A stretch of DNA of 64,000 bases. Origin: Azolla caroliniana (lineage: Eukaryota > Plantae > Polypodiophyta). The translations under genes and the position numbers were made by a program. This document shows positions 37,480-49,482 of the stretch, piece after piece (the stretch's first letter is position 1; the number at the start of each line of letters is the position of its first letter). The stretch is from positions 1,922,001 through 1,986,000 of the forward strand of contig JBHGNT010000007.1 of assembly GCA_043228905.1 (NCBI GenBank). The letters run 5' to 3'. The notes beneath the pieces were generated by a model, which saw only the letters and a program-made list of their open reading frames with translations, ran no database searches and had not been told where the DNA came from.

Positions 37480-38650
37480 GGAAACTAGGAGCCTTAAGTG
37501 TTAGGACATACATACATATAAAGGGGACTAGTGATCCACTTCATGACAACATCTAGAGACGTCGTCAAAATATTCTTAATTTGCATTTGCATATGTTGGC
37601 TACAAAAGCTACTTTATTGCCAAAATTTGCTAAAAAAACATTGCCTTGGGCAAGAATGCTATCTGATATGTTTGATCACTTGCAAACCAAGTTATTTGGC
37701 TCATGGGATACTAACCATTGGGATGTAGTGTTTGGAAAGCTTGACGGGCACATCAAAGGTTGTCTGTTTAGCTCAAAGCTTCTAAAGCACTAGAAAGAAG
37801 TATTGCACCACATAAAATGGAGAGGTAGGAATTCAGAATCAGGGAACTCTTTGCGCCTCAAAAGCTTACACTAGAGTGCTATATTCCCACAGTCACTAGC
37901 TGAACAAGAGCCTAGGAAAGCTTATTTTTTTAGCAAAGAAGGGGCTGAAATCAATTGTAGATGTGGTAAATGACCAGGGTTACTTATTGCACTTCAATGA
38001 CATGACATGTCGTTATAGTCTTGTGCCACATCATCGTGTTATCTGGAATCAAGTCATAGAGTTGGTACTTTCCTTAGTACTTGTGCCACCTCTAGATGGA
38101 GATCGCAGGATGCAAGATTGGATGTTACAAAAAGGGAACATTGTTATTCCAATGCATAACATTACAACACATTCAGTGTATATGTTGTTGCAACCCGTCC
38201 CATGGTTTCACGGACATGCAAATGCATTATGGAACCTACACAAAACGCAGACTTGGTGGAAAAACAGGCTTACAAGCTTATGGAGCTCTGGTCTTCCTTC
38301 CACTTAAGCAATGGGTATTCCTATGGAAATGCCTATTGGTTGTGCTCCCAACTGGGTCGAATATGCAAAAGAGATTGATGGCCACACCTCATTGTGCAAG
38401 ATGTGGTGGATGATTGGAAACAGTCCCGCACTTATTATGGACTTGCTCATTCACTACAACATTTGTACAAAGACTAAGTGCATCTCTTTATCACAGATTT
38501 CATGGCCGAAGGTTTGGTAAACACTTTTGGATATTTGGACAAATTCCGTGCGCCCTATCCAACAATGCCTATTTTCTCCAATGGACACGATTTTGGGCAT
38601 TGTGGACCATTTAGACAACCCGCAATAATAAGGTCTTTGATCGAAACCAA
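37480..38650 (+). mobile_element. Degenerate L1-type LINE, 3' end of ORF2 (zf-RVT)
   Basis: PHCARCGG*LETVPHLLWTC fits the Cx2Cx8Hx4C-like zinc motif and is followed by WALWTI..RN..VF. Many stops and frameshifts; boundaries approximate. Confidence 0.75.
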
Positions 38651-39331
38651 CTGCCTAAAGTTAGCTTCTTTAAACAATCCCTCAAGCAAGCTCTATTTTA
38701 TTGTCTGCAACTTAGAGACGTCACACTGCAAATTGACAATCTTTACTTTGAGTGCTTTTAAGCTCTTTAGTGTCTAATCGACACTTGTATATTTTTCTTT
38801 ATTCTTTGTGGGTTTTCACCTCAATTTGAGGTTTCCCACTAGTAATAAAACTGCTACTAAAAGAAAAAGAGACGTTGTCGAAACTATATTAGTGAGCTTA
38901 AGTTGTCTTCTTTCATATCTGATCATATAACCATCCAAGGTATAACATAAGGTAATATTCGCTAGTATTGGACACTGTTGGTATTTTATGTTCATCTCTC
39001 GTCCTTCGCTCAAGGGGTTCGTAAGTGTGGTTAAGCACCCTTAACCATTCTTTTAATAATCTAAAATTATGTTCGTTGGTTATTGTTAGCATTTGATTCG
39101 CAATAATATATTGTTAACAATCTTATTTTGTTGTGAACAATGTTAATTATAGAGAGTAGAAATATGATGATCTCTTTCACTAATTTGGGCATTGATCATT
39201 CAAAAATTGCATCGTTGTTGGCATTGACTAAGTTAGGCAATGTTATTGTTTTTAACTAGTGGTTGCAAAAAATGAAGTCGAATATTTAAGGAGAAATATG
39301 GTGCCATGGTATAGAGAATATAAAATAATGA

Positions 39332-39475
39332 AGGACTTGGTAAATTCACAGTTTTTTCTGTATTTTCACAGTTTTTTTTTTGAGTTCAGAAATATGATTA
39401 CAAATGATAGCTAGATTCCATCCCCCCAAAAAAACTGTGAAAATATGGAAAAAACTGTGAATTTACCAATTTCCT
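39332..39475. mobile_element. 144-bp fold-back element / MITE with ~45-bp inverted arms
   Basis: Left arm TTGGTAAATTCACAGTTTTTTCTGTATTTTCACAGTTTTTTT pairs with right arm AAAAAAACTGTGAAAATATGGAAAAAACTGTGAATTTACCAA. No clear TSD. Confidence 0.7.
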
Positions 39476-40390
39476 AAAATATATCCCAACTAATACGAGA
39501 CTCTTAAGGTTTAACTCATGACCACGAGGTTTATGGCATTTTAACCTAATTGAACATATTTTACAATATATGCCACCTCACACATCATCTCCATGCCTCT
39601 TCATTTAGAATAGTAGAATTGATTGCTTGGAACTCAAACCCACAAACTTGGTATTGCAAAAGCACATGCTTCACCACTTCCCCTAATAAGGTAAGTTATA
39701 TTAGAAATGATGCTTTCAATGTCATCTACCAAACAATCTAAAGATAGGAAAAGTAAGCATCATCACATTCCAACCACAAATGCATAAAAATCTAAATACC
39801 ATAGGAAAGTATATTGGTATGAAACATTACCTAAAGTTCTTGCCATATGAGTCAAAAACAGTTTGTAAACATCATATACCTCTACTTGAATTCTTTTTAT
39901 GTGAAGAAGGTTACGTTGTAGCATGTAATGTCTTGTCTAGTAATTGAGATTTGCTCTAACAAAATTGAGAACCACTAGTTCACCAAAAATCTAAATTAAA
40001 AAATGTACCGATGCTTAAAATTTGCATCCACCAATTAGTTAGTCACATGATTTCAACCATACATCTCATGACAATTGCAATATACTTCTACCTAAGTCAA
40101 AATTGTAGGGTTTCGTCCAAAGGGATTCCAAGTTGTGAATTCAACTAATGGAAGGACTCAGGAGTTTTTTTGGGGAAAAAAAGAGATGTAAATTCAAAGC
40201 TGTACCTTCACGCGATAGATATAAGCAAATCTATTTTCCAAAGAGTTTCTAGTTTGAACATTTATTGCGGTGCTTTCCTTTACAAATGATGTAAATCACG
40301 ATTCATGAATATGAGGTGTTTGTTATGTAGTGTGTCCTCAAGCATAAGCATGGTGCCATTGTATATGACCAACAATGGTGAGAAAATAAC

Positions 40391-40837
40391 TAACAATTGG
40401 CAATGGTTTGGTCTGGTTTGAGAAGGTCAAAACCGAACCATAAAATTTGTTTGAAACTCGAACTGAACCGAACCGAACCACGAAACCGTTAAACAAATTT
40501 CAAACCGTTAAAACCACGGTTTTGTGGTTCGGTGCCGGTTTTAACTTAGGTCAAATTTAAAAATTAAAAATTTATAATATTTTATTTTTTTAAAATTTAT
40601 GATATTTCATTATTTTAAAAATTTAAAGATGTTCCTAAAATGTGTGAATAAGATCTAAAAATAAAAAGATTGTTTAAAAACAAATTTTTAAAATTTAAAA
40701 AATAAAATAAAAAACCGTTAAACTGGTTAAATCGCAATTTTTGACTATTGAAACTGAACCGAGACCGAACCCTTGAAACCGTTAAGCCGCGGTTTCGAGG
40801 TTCGGTTCGGTTCAAACCGAGCAGTTGCTGATTGTTA
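40391..40837. mobile_element. Non-autonomous hAT-type element (447 bp)
   Basis: Perfect 8-bp TSD AAAATAAC (40383-40390, 40838-40845), imperfect TIRs TAACAATTGGCAA / TTGCTGATTGTTA, and subterminal AACCG/CGGTT repeats. Confidence 0.85.
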
Positions 40838-40925
40838 AAAATAACAAAGAATCTTTGTATTACGATTTTTGTATGTTGTGATATAAAGTGAATAGTATTA
40901 GAATGAATCCCTTCTTTACGCTTGT

Positions 40926-41009
40926 GTCAGGATGGCCGAGTGGTCTAAGGCGCCAGACTCAAGTTCTGGTTCTCGAAAGAGAGCGTGGGTTCAAATCCCA
41001 CTTCTGACA
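40926..41009 (+). tRNA. tRNA-Leu(CAA), intronless
   Basis: GTCAGGATGGCCGAGTGGTCTAAGGCGCCAGACTCAAGTTCTGG...GTGGGTTCAAATCCCACTTCTGACA, with long variable arm TCTC-GAAA-GAGA and a T5 terminator at 41022-41026. Confidence 0.97.
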
Positions 41010-41948
41010 CCAAATAGGAGGTTTTTCAAATCTTCATATGTGTTCCTTCATTAAGGAGATGAAATTTTCCAAGTTGTACGTTTATATGGTTTCCTTCAAT
41101 GTTTTAGATCTGGCATTCTATCTACTTTTTCTACTTCAACACAAATCAAAAGTGTTTACAAGGGATACGAAGATACAATAATTTCAATCTGACTATTTTC
41201 ACCTAGTTTCTGTCACTCACATTGGTTTCTCATGATGAGAGGACACATTATACAGTTAAATCCACGCTCTCATTTAATTTGTTAAAAAGAGAGTTTGGAA
41301 TTCAATATGTTGAGCCTTGTGTAGATGACATTAGATCATTATTGTCTCTTTGTCCATGCAAAGTCTGATGATCCTCAGTAGTGAGCCCCACTCAAATAGT
41401 GGAAATTCATGGATAAATTGTGCTAGATATAGGCGAGAATGTTATATTTTCCAAACTCGCATCTCCACTAGTGTAGCAAAAGGCAAAAGAGAGAAAAAAA
41501 CAAAAGAAACATACCCTCTCCGAGGACGTAGCACTTCAAGCAATTGCTTAATCAATAGAGCATGCAAAAACATCCAAATATCTCTGGGATAATAGTTGCT
41601 TGGACTGGCATTTTAACAAATTGCAAGTCTCATGAAGAACAATTGCTCGGACTAACACAAACCAATTGATAATGGCTCGGAAATTATCATGATAAGGATA
41701 TTTAAAACCACATTTCTTTATGATTATGCATATGAACACTAAAAGCTTTGCAAATATGTATATATTCATATGACAAATAAATACAGGCTTCTTCTGCCTG
41801 TAACGTTTCTTTTTACATTGTTACTTTCAGTGACTCATCTCCAGCAAGTTTTGTTACGTATGCCAAGTAATAGCAAAATGGAGATAAAAACCCATTTGAT
41901 TGCTATGTTATACATGCTAATGTGAAATACTTTAATTTTAAAGCATAC

Positions 41949-44900
41949 TTATGGTGTTTTCAAAACCTCGAAAAGCTCTTCTTCCACTTTAAACCCAAGA
42001 ATCTGCAACATGTCATTAACTCGAACATCGGCTTTACTCACATTCATTGCTTCTAGCCATGAATAAACTGTAAATAGTTTGCCCATGGCAAACAATTCAA
42101 GTGCCTCTGGGTTAAAAACAATACCCATTTTCTTGTTCATCTGTCAGAAAAAATAAAATAAAAATTACCACAAATCCTTTCATACTCTACACCCATGCTT
42201 TCCTAAGTAAATAGTTTGCAAAATTTAATTAATTTACATAATAAGCAAGCCTATCTGAGCATTAGCATTATTGCTGCTATTCTCAATTGTATGACATCCA
42301 TATATGTTGCATATATTACAGATGCAAAGATATTCTGTCTATGCAGTGGATCCATATCTATGCCTATGGATTAAAAATTCCAAATAAAACTTATATATAT
42401 TTTCTATAACACTAAAGCAAGTTCCAAAATGTGATAGGAAAATGGATGCATTTACCTAGTACTAACACTAATAATTCAACATCTTGTGACTCTTGAAAAA
42501 GCAAGCAAACATCATTTTGATATTATGCTGCTAAGAATGTCAAATGCTCCATCTTTGCTTTAAGTTATCTATCTGGGTTCTTCCAATCTTCCGTATGTCA
42601 GGTTAAATTTTTTTTCGGTATAATCATAAGAAATATATAGAATGTCACAAATACAAGAGGAGAGATTCTCAAGGTGTCCATGACTTTGAAAATAAAAACT
42701 GATACGAGGGAAATAGGTATGCATTCGAGAATTTAGAAGAGATTGTCAGAGGAGATAGGGTTAGCAACAGAGACCCTCTTTTAACTTGTCACCATTTTAA
42801 AGGCAAAAATTTTATGAGCATGACAAAAGAAATGTATTGAGGATATACTTGGATGATGCACTTGGGATGCATCTAGTATGTAGTTGGAAATTGGGATGTA
42901 TTAAGTATGAATTTATTGTGAGTTTTGGGACCTTCATGATTAAATTTTAAAATGCAAATAAGAAACAATTGTGCTTTAAGATGTTTTAAGAAAAATCATA
43001 AATACACATGTAGGAACACTTGAAATCTTTTTAAGGTAACATAGATTCTTGGAAACAAACCTCATGTGGCACTAACATAGCTGCATACCGAGCGAGTTCC
43101 CCCCCTCTCCAATCTAATACAATCGGAAGCCAAGGATATGCACCATCGAGCCTGACAAACCACAACCTTATATCGGGTATCTCTGAAAGTTCACGCATAT
43201 CATGTGGATCTTCACGCTCGTATTTTATAGTAAATCCAATTGTTTGTTGCAAAAGCTCCTTTGGGTCTTTTGTCAGTTCACTTGTATATGTATTTTCACC
43301 TGAAATTCAATGACAAACCCCTGCAATGAGAACCAACACAAGCTTCAATTCCCTAATCATATTTAATCCTCAAAAGAGCTTGTCTTAATTATAATAAAGA
43401 GGGACTCAAAGATAGACAAAAATAGCCAAGTTCATTTTAATGCTTTCTCTTACTTATTTGATGGACATAGTCTCTCAAGACTGTGTGGGCAGGAGATAAA
43501 TCCAATCTTTTGATTATATCGTTGTCAATTATTATCTCGAGACGCCCTTTCGAAGGAGGAAGTGATGGTATTGCATCGAAGCTCACTACACAACAAATCA
43601 AAAAATTTAGACATTGCTATGACCAGAATACAAAATGTAGAGAGCAAACATTGGCCAAAATAAAAATATCTCCTGCCTTCAAATACATAGTAAATTATCA
43701 AACTTCCTCTAGTCACAAGTGCATAAATAAGTGGAATGGTAACAGGTATCAGAATCATTCAATATCTTTTTTTAGTCGAATGTTTTCTTAAAAGGTGTTC
43801 ACTCCATAAACCCCTCGTAACATATGTTGTAATGGGGGATAACATTGAACTATAATATACTTCTTTGGTTTCTAGTTCCTACATTGTAGACAATAATATT
43901 ACTCTTGCTTTTCCTTCATTTCTATGGATCATTAGATGAGTTGATCCTGTGAATCCAGGAAAACCCCAGCTCAAGAAACAAAACAAATATGAGCACAATT
44001 CTGATCATGAATAGAAAAAAAATCCAAAATGCCGATGATATATTTGACTATTGATACCAAATAATTTTAAAGAATTTTTATATCAATTGCAGTGTCCTCT
44101 TCATTTATGAAATAAAAAAACCTAAACCCTAAACAAATAACCCTAAACAAAAGCAGAGCAACTATATTTTGACTAAGATTGAAAACCCCATGCTTGTTGT
44201 CAAATTCCATTAGACTCCCAAACCCCGCTTAAAAAATGAAAGGAAAATGTTGAAAATCTGTTAGGATAATGAACCCAAGTAATTCTAGGATTTTAGCCCT
44301 ACTAATTGATGATGATGACGATGATATATTAATGTCCACGGCCAAAAGCAGAATCCTTGAGATAAAACCCTGAACCCCTAAATTGCAACCAAAAATAGTC
44401 ATTCAAAGATTCAAGGAGACAAAACTCCAAAACCTAGTTCCTAAATCATAGGCAAACCAATAACCATTCATTCAAAGAGTTCTTGAGATTAAACCCTAAA
44501 CCATAATCACAATCAAAAGGAAGTAAAATATACATGGTGACCAATCTATGCTGTTTAGAACGCATGTTTTTGTGGTTCAGTTTTCCAACTACAGATGATA
44601 CTACACTGACTAAAAATTGATGTCTTACCTTTTGCTAAATAAAATGAAAAGGAACTCCACATCTTAGTACATTAAAGCTATTGAGAAAAACACTGAAAAC
44701 TGTAGATAAATCATGAATAAAAACAATACACATACACTTACATACCTTCATCATCGTCATCATCAGACAGACTAGAGAATTCTGCTCTCTCATAAGGTTG
44801 AGCATGGACAGTAGATACTCGTCCAACAGCAGATGGTAAAACCTTGTGCTTTGTGATCAAATTGAATGATGATAAGACCTTGTGCTTTGAGATCAATTTG

Positions 44901-45022
44901 AATGATGATAAGACCTTATGTTTTGGGATAAAATTGAATGATGACGACGACGACGACGATGATGAAATAGAAGTGAATAATAAGGTATTGAATGGAACAG
45001 GGGAGAAACAGAGCAGAGCCAT
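41949..45022 (-). CDS. CRR6: CHLORORESPIRATORY REDUCTION 6 (NDH assembly factor, DUF1817), 279 aa, 4 exons (45022-44746, 43585-43454, 43299-43061, 42140-41949)
   Basis: Ser-rich transit peptide, then PPSKGRLEIIIDNDIIKRLDLSP, TIGFTIKYEREDP..RELSEIPDIRLWFVRLDGAYPWLP..LDWRGGELARYAAMLVPH and MGIVFNPEALELF. GT-AG junctions in phases 1, 1 and 0 give 840 nt. Confidence 0.93.
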
Positions 45023-45279
45023 AACCTCTCCTTCGGTTCTTATCTTCTGTTTCACTACCCTTTATTAATCCACCATAGCTCGAATCTTTTTCATTGTTCT
45101 TTTACTCATGGTCATAAACAGAGCATAATTGGCCAAGCCAAAATGTGTGCACCCATGGAAAAGGATTTTGATCATATGCTTCTTACTCCACAAACATTCA
45201 CATACCAAGAAACACATTCATATGTGCATGTTTCGGAAGCATATTTCGGTAGTGGTGTCCAAGGTTTCGGTCTGTTCTG

Positions 45280-45480
45280 ACAACATATATGTTTCGGACA
45301 AATAGTGCCATAACCATCTACACTTCGGTTTCATATTTGATAAGTGTGTGTTTCGAAAGCATACCACCTCAACTGTCCACACATCACAACATATATGTTT
45401 CAGACATATGGTGCCATAACCATCTACACTTCGGTTCCATATTTGATAAGTGTGTGTTTCGAAAGCATATCACCTCAGCT
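45280..45480. repeat. ~106-bp-period tandem duplication in the CRR6 promoter
   Basis: ACAACATATATGTTTC...GTGCCATAACCATCTACACTTCGGTT...GATAAGTGTGTGTTTCGAAAGCATA starts at 45280 and 45386. Confidence 0.88.
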
Positions 45481-46799
45481 CCATTTTGACAACGGTGTTT
45501 GTTTTAGACAGATGGACATGGGTTGAATCCCTACATTCCACAATGGCATCTAGTGAAGCAAGAGATATCTATGAAGTAATAGAGAGGTGAGAAAATTAGG
45601 TTTTGAACCCAAGACGTAGTGCTTGTAGTGTAACAACTTACCACTAGGGTAAACTTTACTAATGAATCGAATATGCACTGAGAGAAATTCGTGCAAGGAT
45701 TGGGTTTGGTTGAAGATATGTGGAAAGCATAATCAAATGTGATCAAAGGCAGATCATTGTATCAAAGTGTGATACTTAGACTCTCAAACTTATTTAGGGC
45801 AAAGTGTGGATAGTTGGCCACTCTCATTACTTGTGTCAGCCCAAAGTCGCAACTCACATTGTAGTGAGTGTGAGCTACGTCTCATGGAAGCAATGGTTCA
45901 GATGACAAACAAAGGGATGGGTTTTAACATAATATATTGATATGTGTGGTTTCCTAGTTCGTGAGGAATATGATTTTGTAATTAGAAGCAACATATATAA
46001 TATAATGTGTGACGCGTGAGCGTCCCCATTTTTCCCATGCCATGATACATTTTCATTGCAAAAATGCTTCATTCACAAAGGAATCTATTAATGCATCATG
46101 AGCCATTGTGTAACCATTTTTTGCTTTTATGTGATTTTTGAACCTATATGATTCTAGGAAGTCAATGTGCGGAAATTTCTTGAACCTGAAGTTTATAGTC
46201 AACAACCCTTTTGCATGGCCATAATCTCAATGGGAAGTGATCTTGTCTCAAGTAGGGTATATCTTGCATCCAACCGGAAAACACTTTTTTGCTTTTATGT
46301 GACTTTTGGATATTTTTGCTTTCCCCCCATATGATTCTGACATGTTTGCATATTCGCCAAGTAGCACAAAGCACGTAATATGCCAAGTGGCGACCATGTG
46401 TGATCCCATGTACATTATATAAGTGGAAGATTTGCTTAGTGTTGAACTACTCTAGTTCAACACCAATTTTCAACACCCTTGCCATCTTGGTTTTCACGTA
46501 ATACAAATTCTTGTCTTTGAATGTTCGATCTTGACATTAAATGCATAGAATATGTTAAACTTTAAAAAAAACAAAACAAAACAACATCATAGTTTCCATT
46601 ACCAATCCAATAAGCGTATACAAAGCATATAATGTTACAATCTAGTGGAGGGTAAGACACAAAGAAAAGGTATTCCCCCACTATGTCATAATTGAAACCA
46701 AACTCCACCTATGCAGGAAACAAGCATCGAGGGGGTACATATTGCCAAACCATTTTGTCATTTCTCTCCACAAAGACAAACAAATCCTTCACTTGCCTT

Positions 46800-47990
46800 T
46801 AAAGGATTGTTGTTTCAAAAAAATGGTATCTTCATTACCAGTGGAGGAGTCATATTGACCTTTTAAAATTGAAATAAGCTTCAATCAAATTTCTTTCACA
46901 CAATGAACAAGATTTTGCTTTATTTGTTGAAACACAATTTTGCATCGATCTATCCAAATATTCCACAGAACCACTGATGATATCGTAGCCCATATTGTGG
47001 CATCCACATTCAACCGATTTGAGCTTGAATATGGTATGTCCTTCACTTGCCTTCCCCTAGTTTGAAGGGTAAATAATATCTTTCCCCTTTCCTAATTATG
47101 CTTATCCACATTTACATCCATCCAAAAGTCATTTCCCCATGTAATCACATTAGGTCCATGCGCAACATACGTTTCCAAACAGAACATGCATCCATATAAT
47201 TCCATAAGGCATGTTGCATTGATTCCAAATGAAACCTACAAAAAGAGCAAGTTTTGAAATTCCCTCTTCCCTATGCATCCATTCCAAGACTGGGAGTGCA
47301 TAGTGGATACATAACCATTTAAATGTAATGGTTTTGCGAGGAATCTGCAAAGTCCACAACTATTTCCAAAACGCAAATGCTGAATGCATAGGAATAATAT
47401 TACTTAACCATACCTTAGTTGCGATCAACATATTTGGATTCCTCCTTCATTGGAATTCCCTACCTAATTTTATAGAGTAGTCAAAGAAAGAAACCATCTT
47501 ACCATTAACATCTCTCCACCACCATTACGCTGAACCCCACTCTAACTCCACACAAACCCAAATATCCCACAAAGGGTTTACATTTTTAGGATGGGGATCA
47601 ATAATACATACCGTCCCTGTATTTGCAGCCACCCTAATAGGCTTCAACTCTAGTACATTGAGAAGGTCATCCTCCATAGAGACCCATTGGAAATTTCCCT
47701 CCGAAACTATTACATATGCTAAGAATGATTCATTAGATGTATAAGCTCTTGCTCCAATCAAGACATTAAAAGAAGAGAATGCCCCGTACCATGCATGGTT
47801 TGAATTAAAAGAAAAAAGCAAAACCCTATTACAAGCGTTACTTATCTATTGGAACATTAACTACCACCTCTTATTGATTTCAAAACTTATTCCTTAACAT
47901 CCCTAGATGATTGATTAAAGTTCAACCAAGTACCAACATTCGCCGCAAAATGCCTCATCAACTGCCACCCAATTTAATATTGTCCTTCTT
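46800..47990 (-). mobile_element. Degenerate LINE ORF2 3' fragment (zf-RVT)
   Basis: LWTLQIPRK...FKWLCIHYALPV, then after a frameshift CSFCRFHLESMQHALWNY. Boundaries approximate. Confidence 0.65.
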
Positions 47991-48935
47991 CCCAACATAT
48001 AGAATATGTTAAACATTTTAAAATGGTTGTTCTATAATTTAGATTACATAAAGAATACTTCAAAGCATTTTACAACTATGGAGAGGATGGGGCATGGGGG
48101 AACAAATGGGGATGCAAGTGGAGGATCTAGGGATATTATAGTATGATGATGATGGGGGTGGATGAGTGTTATGGGAATAACCATAACTCATCCCATAGTA
48201 GTTTTTACCATAGTTTTCTACACACAATGATAAGAGTGTGAGGGTTAATAGAAATTGCAAAGAAGGGAGGATTACTTTTAATCCTATTGATAGAGACGAC
48301 CCTTAAGGGCCAAGTCTGAACTTACCTAAGGGCATAGGGTCTACTTATAAATATGAGGCCCAACTAACCTCATTGAGGGGTCATTCCACTATTACACACT
48401 ATAAACTTGTGGTAAACAAACTCTTGTAATGAGTGCGTGCAAGTACCAAGTATGACTTGAAGTCCATAGTAATGATATGGGATGTCGTTCAAGGCTCATG
48501 TCCTTCTCAAGCCCTTTACTTGAGGGTGGTTTGGTGGAGAATCAAGAAGTGGAAAAATAGGAGCTAAAAAATGAGGAGCTTGGGGAAGACAAATTAAAGA
48601 AAGGAAGAGATTGAACTATTAGGAAAGAGAAGATTATGAGGCCAACATTGCCCGCCCACCTTTTGGCACATATCTAAAGTTGTATTAATTAGAATGGGGT
48701 GGTTGTCCTAATGTCACATTCGTGAATGGAAGAAAATGTGATAAAGTCAGGTACCTCAAAGGATAGAATCTAGTGTCATTAAGTTATGGGTTCATATGGA
48801 GAAAACTACAAGAATGCATGGATTTATGTTATTTCAGGAGGACAATGAAAATGGCAACAAAAGTTGTATAGTGGCAAAAATAAAGAATACTAATGTCAAG
48901 TTTTAGTTAGTTCACCTGAGTTGTAGGTTCAAGTC

Positions 48936-49395
48936 TCACTTTGGCTAGTAATGTCAAATTTCATAATTGTCAAGCATAAGTTTAAAAAACAACTAAATAA
49001 GTCAAGAAAAGCACCATGTATGGAAAAAACATATTTGCGAACTTTAGAAAAGGGAGAAAAACCACTAGCCAATACAATATGAGACTTACACAACATTTTT
49101 TGCTTTCTCTTTTAGGGGGAGGGGGACTTCCTATGGGGCAATTAGCTAGGATAGGGTTTGAGGGTTTTTTTTCCTCTTGTTATGGCTTGTGCATTAGGGT
49201 TGTGGGGATTAATAGTTCATCGAAATTGTGTCACTTTGGCTAGTAAATGTCAAATTTTATAATTGTCAATCATGAGTTAAAAAACTAACTAAATAAGTCT
49301 AGAAAAGAACCATGTATGAACATTCATGTTTGTGAATTTCAGAAAAGGAGAAAATCATCAAAGCCAATACAAGAGGAGGATTACCCAATATTTTG
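48936..49395. repeat. Diverged ~165-bp direct repeat (starts about 48936 and 49231)
   Basis: TCACTTTGGCTAGTAA.TGTCAAATTT.ATAATTGTCAA...AACTAAATAAGTC.AGAAAAG.ACCATGTATG...AGCCAATACAA occurs twice. Confidence 0.8.
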
Positions 49396-49482
49396 GGTTT
49401 AGGGTTAATGTGATATGATTAGTGCTCAATCCCGTTGGATGTCACCAATCTATCTAACACCTCCCCAACCTCTTCCTATAAT

